64,000 bases of DNA from an uncultured Acidobacteriota bacterium (GTDB lineage: Bacteria > Acidobacteriota > Polarisedimenticolia > J045). Position 1 is the first letter of the stretch. Every line of letters begins with the position of its first letter. The translations under genes and the position numbers were made by a program. Below the pieces are notes generated by a model. The model did not search any database and was not told where the DNA came from. It saw only the letters and a list, made by a program, of their open reading frames with translations. Below, one piece after another: positions 8,562 through 15,714 of the stretch. The stretch covers positions 4,992 through 68,991 of the forward strand of contig CAVPCQ010000038.1 of the NCBI GenBank assembly GCA_963702425.1, read 5' to 3'.

Positions 8562-10555
8562 GTTGCCCGCCCCGACGCCTCCCGTCCCTGCTCTCCTTCG
8601 TGCTCACCGCCGCGGCGGTGGGTATCGCGACGGTCCCGGCTTCGCGCGCCGGCGCGCCCGGAGACCCTCCGACGTGGCGCTACGCCGGGGTCGAGCGCGT
8701 CGTCGCGATCGGCGACGTCCACGGCAGCTACGAGCCGCTGGTCGAGGTGCTGCGCGCCGCGGGGCTGATCGACGAGGCGCTGGCCTGGAGCGGCGGCAAG
8801 GCGCACCTCGTGATGCTCGGCGACCTCGTCGACCGCGGTCCGAAGGAGCGCGAGGTGCTGGACCTCGTCATGCGGCTCGAACGCGAGGCGCCGGAAGCCG
8901 GCGGCCAGGTGCACGTGCTGCTCGGCAACCACGAGGTGATGAACCTGGTCGGCGACCTGCGCTACGTCTCGAAGGCCGGCTACGCCGAGTACGCCGAGGC
9001 GACCCCGCCCAGGGAGCGCGAACAGGCGCTGGCCCGCTTCATGCGGTCCGGCGGCGGCGCGGAGACCGGCCCCGAGGGGGTGCTGCCGCGGTTCAACGAG
9101 CTCTACCCGCCCGGGTACTTCGAGCGACAGAAGGCCTTCTCGGCGAGCGGCGCCTACGGCCGCTGGCTGCTCTCGAAGTCCTTCATCCTCGTGATCGACG
9201 ACGTCGCGTACGTGCACGGCGGCCTGCCGCCGAGCGTGGCCTCGGAGGGCGCGGAGGCACTCAACCGGTCGCTGATGCAGGAGATCCAGGCCTACATCAA
9301 GGCGCGCGAGACGCTGATCGAGGCCGGTCTGCTCGACCCGGAGACGAGCTTCGTCGAGTCGTTCCAGCGGGTCGGGCAGAAGGTGGAAGAGGCCGAGGCC
9401 AAGGGGCAGGCGCTGCCGGAGGCGTCTGCGAAGGCGGCCGAGACCCTGCTGGCGAGCGCGGGCGCCTACGCCTTCAGCAATGAGAACCCGTTCTGGTACC
9501 GCGGCACGTCGCTCAACCCCGAGCCGCAGGAACTGCCGGCCTTCGAGGCGGCGCTGGCGAAGCTGGGCGCGAAGTCGGTGGTCGTCGGACACACCACCAC
9601 CCCCGGCGGGCGGATCACCTCGCGCTTCGGCGGGCGCCTGCTGCGCGCGGACACGGGGATGCTGAGCGAGGTCTACCGCGGCCGCGGCGCGGCGGTCGTG
9701 GCGGAGGGCGGGACGCGGCGGACGCTCTACCCCGGCGACCCGGCGGACACCAAGCCCGTTCCCGAGACGAAGGAGGAGCCGGGTCCGATCGTCGCCCAGG
9801 GGATGCCTGACGCAGCGCTCGAGACCTTCCTGAAGACCGCCGACGTGGTCAAGATCGAGGACATCGGCTCCGGCATCACCCGGCCCAAGCGGCTGTCGCT
9901 GCAGAAGGACGGCGTTTCACGGCGCGCGGCGTTCAAGTACGTCGACGAGACGTTCGACTCGACGGTGCGCATCGCCGGCCGCCTGGAGATGCAGTTCAAC
10001 GACCGTTACATCTACGACGTCGCGGCCTACCGGCTCGACCGGCTGCTCGAGATGGACATGGTGCCGGTCGCGGTCGAGCGGACGGTCGACGGTACCGCGG
10101 GGGCGGTGCAGGACTGGATCGAGAACGCGATCGACGAGGGGCGGCGTGTGACCGAGAAGCTCGAGCCCTATGACGCCGAGTCCTTCAAGCGCCAGACCCA
10201 GGTGATGCGCGTCTTCGACGCGCTGATCTACAACGCGGACCGCAACCAGGGGAACATCCTCTACACCCCCGGGGACTGGAAGCTGCACCTGATCGACCAC
10301 ACGCGCGCGTTCCGGCTCGGCACGGGGCGCCCGCCGGGCCTCGTCGACGTGCCACTCGTGATCGAGCCCGAGCTGCGCGTGCGGCTCGCGGCACTGAACG
10401 AGGAGCAGTTGAAGTCGGCCCTCGGTGGCCTGCTGAGCAACGCGCAGATCGGCGCGATCCTGAAGCGCCGCGACAAGCTGCTGGCGGAGACGGTGCCGAA
10501 GGCGGCGCCCAAGGCACCGGCCAGCGCCGCGCCGGCCGTGAAGCGCGCCTCGTAG
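8558..10555 (+). CDS. secreted fusion protein: calcineurin-like (Shewanella-like/PPP-type) metallophosphoesterase + C-terminal PI3/PI4-kinase-like (protein-kinase-fold) domain
   Basis: ATG 8558 overlaps the kinase gene's stop (ATGA). Signal peptide: LLSFVLTAAAVGIATVPASRA. Phosphoesterase motifs: AIGDVHGSY, MLGDLVDRGP, LLGNHEVMN, VHGG, VVVGHT. The C-terminal ~225 aa (about 9800-10477) carry FDALIYNADRNQGNILY (10217-10261) and LIDHTRAF (10289-10312). These resemble the catalytic and activation segments of type II PI4K-like kinases. Confidence 0.7.
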   Translation: MSCPPRRLPSLLSFVLTAAAVGIATVPASRAGAPGDPPTWRYAGVERVVAIGDVHGSYEPLVEVLRAAGLIDEALAWSGGKAHLVMLGDLVDRGPKEREVLDLVMRLEREAPEAGGQVHVLLGNHEVMNLVGDLRYVSKAGYAEYAEATPPREREQALARFMRSGGGAETGPEGVLPRFNELYPPGYFERQKAFSASGAYGRWLLSKSFILVIDDVAYVHGGLPPSVASEGAEALNRSLMQEIQAYIKARETLIEAGLLDPETSFVESFQRVGQKVEEAEAKGQALPEASAKAAETLLASAGAYAFSNENPFWYRGTSLNPEPQELPAFEAALAKLGAKSVVVGHTTTPGGRITSRFGGRLLRADTGMLSEVYRGRGAAVVAEGGTRRTLYPGDPADTKPVPETKEEPGPIVAQGMPDAALETFLKTADVVKIEDIGSGITRPKRLSLQKDGVSRRAAFKYVDETFDSTVRIAGRLEMQFNDRYIYDVAAYRLDRLLEMDMVPVAVERTVDGTAGAVQDWIENAIDEGRRVTEKLEPYDAESFKRQTQVMRVFDALIYNADRNQGNILYTPGDWKLHLIDHTRAFRLGTGRPPGLVDVPLVIEPELRVRLAALNEEQLKSALGGLLSNAQIGAILKRRDKLLAETVPKAAPKAPASAAPAVKRAS

Positions 10556-10606
10556 CCGGCGTCCCGAGCCGGCCCGCGCGGCCGCCGCGGGTCCAGGAGG
10601 CTGTCC

Positions 10607-11647
10607 GTGAGCGACCGCGCACGCCCGTGGCGACGGTTGGCGCTGAACACGCTCCTCGTGGTCGCGTCGGTGGCCATCGCGCTCGGGCTTGTCGACCTCC
10701 TGCTGATCGTCACGCACACCCCTGTCCACGGACCGATCTGGGAGGCTCAGGGGCTCTTCCGCCTCGATCGGGAGCTGATCTACTCGCTGGTCCCCGGTAA
10801 GAAACGGGTCTGGCGCACCGACGAGTTCGCGGAGCAGGCCTCCATCAACCGGGAGGGGCTGCGGGGCGCCGAGCTTCGGGAACGACGGGGGATCGACTCG
10901 CGCATCATCGTGACCGGCGACTCCGTCGTCTTCGGCCACGGCGTCGGCGACGGAGAGGCCTTTCCGAAGCAGCTCGAGGCGATCTTCGCGTCCGAGGGCC
11001 GCAACGTCGAGGTGCTCAACGCGGGCGTGAAAGGCTACGGCACCGACCAGTCGTTCAAGTCCTTCGATCGTCGCCTGCAGGCCCTGAAACCGGATGTCCT
11101 GGTGTTCGCCGTCAACACCAACGACGTGGCCGACAACATCCGGCAACCGCTCTATACCGTGCAGGACGGCCGGCTTCGCGAGCTCGACGCAACGCGCAAC
11201 CCGTTCTACCGGGTCGTCTGGCTCGATTCGCACCTCCCGGGGGCCGTCCGCCGCACCGACCTGTACGGGCGGCTCGTCACCCGGCTGCTCCGCGCCGACT
11301 GGGATCGCGCGCTTCCCGACAGCGACCCCGATCGGCTCAAGGCGTGGTCCCGGGAGAAGGTCGTGCTGGAGATTGAGTCGCTTCACGACCGGTCCCGGTC
11401 GGCCGGCTTCCGGCTCGTCGTGCTGGGGCTCCCCAGCACGGCGCCCAACGCGTTCCGATGGCTGCGGTCGAGCCTGCCCGAGGGCGTCGATTTCCTCGAC
11501 GCGAACGAGGTCGAAGCCTGGGCGAGCGAACCGTCCCGGTGGTTCCTGAACGACCGGACTCACCTCACCGTGGCCGGCAACGAGCGGCTCGCCCAGCGGC
11601 TCTACGCCCACCTGCTCGACACGGAGAGCCCCGCCACCGCACCATAG
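10607..11647 (+). CDS. SGNH/GDSL-family hydrolase with N-terminal membrane anchor
   Basis: 346 aa, with AGGAGG 6 nt upstream of GTG 10607. TM helix: LALNTLLVVASVAIALGLVDLLLIV. Block I is IIVTGDSVVFGHG. Later blocks (AGVKGYGT; FLNDRTHLTVAGNERLA) fit the SGNH layout. Confidence 0.6.
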   Translation: MSDRARPWRRLALNTLLVVASVAIALGLVDLLLIVTHTPVHGPIWEAQGLFRLDRELIYSLVPGKKRVWRTDEFAEQASINREGLRGAELRERRGIDSRIIVTGDSVVFGHGVGDGEAFPKQLEAIFASEGRNVEVLNAGVKGYGTDQSFKSFDRRLQALKPDVLVFAVNTNDVADNIRQPLYTVQDGRLRELDATRNPFYRVVWLDSHLPGAVRRTDLYGRLVTRLLRADWDRALPDSDPDRLKAWSREKVVLEIESLHDRSRSAGFRLVVLGLPSTAPNAFRWLRSSLPEGVDFLDANEVEAWASEPSRWFLNDRTHLTVAGNERLAQRLYAHLLDTESPATAP

Positions 11648-11702
11648 GACAGCCGTCGCGTCGAATGCGTGGTGGCGAGGCCGGGCCAACTCCGGGGTGG
11701 AC

Positions 11703-13543
11703 ATGACGGTGCACGACTCGCCAGCCTTCATCCTCGGGATCTCGGCCTTCTACCACGATTCCGCCGCCTGTCTCGTGCAGGATGGCCGGATCGTCGCTGC
11801 GGCCCAGGAAGAACGCTTCACGCGCCGGAAGCACGACGCGGGATTCCCGCGGCACGCGATCGACTACTGCCTGCGCGAGGCGCGCATCGGCCCGGACCGG
11901 CTGACCGCGGTCGCCTTCTACGACAAGCCGTGGATCAAGTTCGAGCGGCTGCTCGAAACCTACCTCGCGTTCGCGCCCGGCCGGTCGTGTCCTCCTTCCT
12001 GAAGAGCATGCCGCTCTGGCTGAAGCAGAAGCTCTGGATCGGCGACCTGATCGCGCGCGAGCTGGGCTACGACGGCGATCTGCTCTTCCCGGAGCACCAC
12101 CAGTCGCACGCCGCGTCCGCCTTCTTCCCGTCTCCCTTCGAGCGAGCCGCGTTCCTGACGATGGACGGGGTGGGGGAGTGGGCCACCGCTTCCTGGGGCG
12201 TCGGGCACGGCAACCGGGTCGAGATCTCGCACGAGCTGCGCTTCCCGCACAGCCTCGGCCTGCTCTACAGCGCCTTCACCTACTACACCGGCTTCAAGGT
12301 CAACTCGGGGGAGTACAAGGTGATGGGGCTAGCGCCCTACGGCGAGCCCCGGTACGCCGGGCTGATCTACGACCACCTCCTCGACCTGCGCGAGGACGGC
12401 TCGTTCCGCCTCAACATGGAGTACTTCAACTACTGCCAGGGCCTGACGATGACCTCGGAGCGGTTCCACCGGCTCTTCGGCGGCCCGCCGCGGGCGGCGG
12501 AGTCCGAGGTCACGCAGCGCGAGATGGACCTCGCCCGCTCGCTGCAGGACGTCACCGAGGAGGTCATGCTGCGGATGGCGCGCCACGTGCGGAAGGCGAC
12601 CGGGGAGCGGAACCTGTGCCTCGCCGGCGGCGTCGCGCTCAACTGCGTCGGGAACGGGAGAATCCTGCGAGAGCGAGTGTTCGACCGGCTGTGGATCCAG
12701 CCCGCCGCCGGTGATGCCGGAGGCGCCCTCGGCGCCGCGCTCTTCGCCTGGCACCAGGTCCGCGGCGAGCCCCGCCGCGCGGACCCGGGTCGCGACAGCC
12801 AGTCGGGCTCGTACCTCGGACCCGCGTTTCCCGGCGATGCGATCCGGCAGTGGCTCGACGGTGCGGGCATTCCGTACCGCACGCACTCCCCGTCCGAGAT
12901 CCCGGGCCTCGCGGCCGAACTGATTGCGCAGGAGAAGGTCGTGGGGTGGTTCTCCGGGCGGATGGAGTTCGGGCCCCGGGCGCTGGGGGCCCGGAGCATC
13001 CTCGGGGACGCCCGCAGCCCGAAGATGCAGTCGGTCCTGAACCTCAAGATCAAGTTCCGGGAGTCGTTCCGCCCCTTCGCGCCATCCTGCCTGGTCGAGG
13101 ACGTGTCGGAGTACTTCGAGCTGGAGGTCGAGTCGCCGTACATGCTCCTCGTCGCGCCGGTCGTCGAGACGCGACGGCTCGCGATGAGCGCGGAGCAGTC
13201 GGCGCTGTTCGGGATCGAGAAGCTCAACGTCCCGCGCAGCGACATCCCCGCGGTGACGCACGTCGACTACTCGGCGCGCGTGCAGACGGTCGACGCCCGC
13301 GATCACGCGCAGTACCACGAGCTGATCCGTGAGTTCAAGCGGCGGACCGGGTACGGGGTCATCATCAACACGTCGTTCAACGTCCGCGGCGAGCCGATCG
13401 TCTGCACGCCGCAGGATGCCTACCTGTGCTTCATGCGGACGCAGATGGACGCGCTGGTGCTGGAGGACTGCGTGCTGCTCAAGGAAGAGCAGCCGCCGCT
13501 GAAGGACGACGTCGACTGGAGATCGCAGTATGGCCTCGACTGA
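11703..13543 (+). pseudogene. carbamoyltransferase (NodU/CmcH family), reading frame interrupted by a -1 shift near 11976-11992
   Basis: The first ~100 aa (frame of 11697..12002) read MTVHDSPAFILGISAFYHDSAACLV...FERLLETYLAFAP. The remaining ~515 aa (frame of 11669..13543) read ..SFLKSMPLWLKQKLW..HHQSHAASAFF..GEYKVMGLAPYG... Together they are the two halves of one enzyme. The first frame hits TGA at 12000. The switch lies in gcgcccggccgg (C/G runs). This may be an assembly indel. Confidence 0.8.
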
Positions 13544-13958
13544 GGGGATCGGCCTGCCGGCGAGGCCCGCGACGCGCAGCGGCCGCGAGCTGCGGACGTT
13601 CGGGCTGGTGATGGCGGGAGCGTTCGGCGCGCTGGGTGGCCTGGCGGCGTGGCGCGGCCGGTCCGCCGGGCCGGTCCTGCTCGGCGTGGCGGCCGCCTTC
13701 CTGCTGCTCGGGCTGGCCTTGCCGCGGCTCCTCCGGCCCGTCGAGAAGGCCTGGATGGCGGTCGCGCGGGTGATGGGCGTCGTGATGACGCACGTCATCC
13801 TGACGCTCTTCTACTACCTCGTGATCACACCGTTCGGAATCGCGATGCGGATCGCCGGCCGCGACCCCCTGGGGCTGAAGGCGGCCCCGGCGCGCGAGTC
13901 CTTCTGGGAAGCGGTCGATCCGCAGGGATCGGCCTCCCGCCCGGACAAGCCCTATTGA
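13530..13958 (+). CDS. SxtJ-family small membrane protein
   Basis: 142 aa, overlapping the carbamoyltransferase stop by 14 nt. It has two or three hydrophobic helices and the ..LL.P.EK.WM..A..MG...T.VIL...YYLVITP.G...R..G.DPL pattern I associate with SxtJ proteins found next to carbamoyltransferases. Confidence 0.6.
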   Translation: MASTEGIGLPARPATRSGRELRTFGLVMAGAFGALGGLAAWRGRSAGPVLLGVAAAFLLLGLALPRLLRPVEKAWMAVARVMGVVMTHVILTLFYYLVITPFGIAMRIAGRDPLGLKAAPARESFWEAVDPQGSASRPDKPY

Positions 13959-13989
13959 GCCGGAGCCAGCGGCGGGAGAGAATCCGGAC

Positions 13990-14148
13990 ATGCCGGCTGT
14001 GAAGAACCTGTGGATGATCTGGGACTTTCTCCGGGTCCGGAAGAAGTTCTGGCTGCTCCCGATCGTGGCGCTGCTCCTGCTCTTCGGGCTGCTGATCGTC
14101 CTGACCGAGGGCTCGGCGCTCGCGCCGTTCATCTACACGCTGTTCTGA
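13990..14148 (+). CDS. DUF5989-family small membrane protein (52 aa); not in the supplied ORF track
   Basis: My own translation is MPAVKNLWMIWDFLRVRKKFWLLPIVALLLLFGLLIVLTEGSALAPFIYTLF*. This is the W.FLR.RKKFWLLPI....LL.G.LIVL..GSA.APFIYTLF pattern characteristic of DUF5989, which normally follows SxtJ. It is too short for the track's length cut-off. Confidence 0.6.
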   Translation: MPAVKNLWMIWDFLRVRKKFWLLPIVALLLLFGLLIVLTEGSALAPFIYTLF

Positions 14149-14201
14149 CCGGGCGGCCGCCGGGAGAGGTCCCCCGGGCGGTTTCCAAGGAGGCGAATCA
14201 C

Positions 14202-14852
14202 ATGAGAAGGACGACGATCGTCCTGTCGCTGGGTGTTCTGCTGTTTGCCGCCTGCGGTCCGCGCGAGGACGCGAAGGCCACCGCCCCCGCGTCCCGCGAG
14301 CCGGCGCCACCGGCCGCCCCGGCGCTGGCAACTCCGCCCCCGGCCGCGCCCGCCGGCTTCGACAAGACGCTCGAGCTGCAAGGGATCACCTTCCACGTCA
14401 CCTGCCCGAACGGCTCGTCGCTCAACCAGGTGACGATCACGCCGGCCGGCCTCGAGATCGACAACTCGGCGATGGTGCGCGAGGCGGACGGCACGGTCGT
14501 CGGGGCGGAGATCGCCGACCTCAACGTCGACGGGTCGCCGGAGCTCTACGTCTACGTCCAGTCCGCCGGCAGCGGCTCGTACGGCTCGCTCGTGGCGTTC
14601 TCGGCCAACAACAAGAAATCCCTGAGCGACATCGTCCTGCCGCCGGTCGCCGCCGACCCGAAGGCCTCGAAGGGCTACATGGGCCACGACGAGTTCGCGG
14701 TCGTCGAATCGACGCTGGTGCAGCGCTTCCCGATCTACCGCGAGGGGGACGCGAACGCGCAGCCGAGCGGCAGGACGCGGCAGATCCAGTACAAGCTGAA
14801 GGCCGGCGAAGCGGGGTGGGTCCTCGAGGCGGACAAGATCGTCGAGTACTGA
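14202..14852 (+). CDS. lipoprotein of unknown function
   Basis: AAGGAGG lies upstream of ATG 14202. Lipobox: LSLGVLLFAAC. A Pro/Ala linker is followed by a beta-rich domain (..ADLNVDGSPELYVYVQSAGSGSYGSLVAF..GYMGHDEFAVVE..). The track ORF 14010 starts too far upstream, overlapping the DUF5989 gene. Confidence 0.6.
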   Translation: MRRTTIVLSLGVLLFAACGPREDAKATAPASREPAPPAAPALATPPPAAPAGFDKTLELQGITFHVTCPNGSSLNQVTITPAGLEIDNSAMVREADGTVVGAEIADLNVDGSPELYVYVQSAGSGSYGSLVAFSANNKKSLSDIVLPPVAADPKASKGYMGHDEFAVVESTLVQRFPIYREGDANAQPSGRTRQIQYKLKAGEAGWVLEADKIVEY

Positions 14853-14853
14853 G

Positions 14854-14897
14854 GCGGCGGCATCCGTACCGACCCGGCCCGGTCGGACGGCCGCCGC
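14854..14897. terminator. nested GC-rich hairpin between convergent genes (candidate bidirectional terminator)
   Basis: The outer stem is GCGGCGGC (14854-14861) / GCCGCCGC (14890-14897). The inner stem is CCGACC (14869-14874) / GGTCGG (14881-14886). It lies between TGA 14850-14852 and the minus-strand stop at 14899-14901. There is no U-tract. Confidence 0.35.
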
Positions 14898-14898
14898 T

Positions 14899-15393
14899 CT
14901 ACGTCGAGTCTCGAAGAACGTCGCGGATCGCGCGAAGTTCGGCTTCCACCGTCCTGTCCTTCGGTCTCGACAGAGCACCTTTCACCTCGATGAGCTGGTC
15001 GAGGGCGAGGACCTTGAACAGCCGGTGCTCGACGAGTTCCATCTCGACCGTCTCCAGGTCTGCGTACTCCCCGACGGGCCGAACCTCACGGATGATGTCG
15101 ACCCGCCCGAGATCCGTCGCCAACATCAAGAGCCGGTAGGTAGCGAGGCGCTCGGGGGGATCGGCAAGCTCGCCCAGATCGGGGCGCAGAACGTGCCTGG
15201 GATGAAGCGGACGGAGCGCATCGAGGAGGCGGGCGAGATTCTCGGCGGTCATCGGCGCGGCCAGGTCGAGATCACGGGTCAGCGTGCTGGCGCCGTGCGC
15301 GATGGCAGCGACCCCCCCGATCACGGCGAACTCGAAGCCGGCGTCCTGAAGGCGAGCCAGGAGCCGCTGGAGCCCGGGGTCGAGATCAGCCAT
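14899..15393 (-). CDS. nucleotidyltransferase-fold protein (MNT/DUF6036-like), candidate toxin-antitoxin component
   Basis: 164 aa. FEFAVIGGVAAIAHGASTLTRDLDLAA matches the G[GS]-x9-13-D.D pattern of minimal nucleotidyltransferases. It overlaps the upstream small gene by 8 nt (ATGGCTGA). Confidence 0.55.
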   Translation of the reverse strand: MADLDPGLQRLLARLQDAGFEFAVIGGVAAIAHGASTLTRDLDLAAPMTAENLARLLDALRPLHPRHVLRPDLGELADPPERLATYRLLMLATDLGRVDIIREVRPVGEYADLETVEMELVEHRLFKVLALDQLIEVKGALSRPKDRTVEAELRAIRDVLRDST

Positions 15394-15688
15394 GGCGATC
15401 CGCGCCGTCGGGGTCCAGCGCCTGGGACTTCTCCCTCAGGCGCCGGGCCTCCATCGCGCGCCGGACCGGTTCGGACACGGTGCGCCGCTGGACGTCGTCG
15501 AGGAGCCGGTTCTGCTCGTCCAGGAGGCGGAGCCTCTCCTTCGGTGACAGCGCGAGGTTCTCCAGCAGCAGCGCGACATCGACGCCGGCCGTGACGGCAG
15601 CGTCCCAATCCGGGCCGAAGCTGCGGATCATGCGTCCTGCATCCGCAGTCGTGCGAATGGTGTCGAGTTCAGGTCTCTCGGCCGGCAT
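15386..15688 (-). CDS. small protein (100 aa) translationally coupled to the nucleotidyltransferase; unknown function
   Basis: ATG 15688 (MPAERPELDTIRTT...LLENLALSPKERLRLLDEQNRLL...). It is the only non-shadow part of track ORF 15386..18253, and its stop overlaps the downstream start. Confidence 0.45.
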   Translation of the reverse strand: MPAERPELDTIRTTADAGRMIRSFGPDWDAAVTAGVDVALLLENLALSPKERLRLLDEQNRLLDDVQRRTVSEPVRRAMEARRLREKSQALDPDGADRHG

Positions 15689-15714
15689 GAGGCGCAGGAT
15701 AGCAGCCGGTCCGG

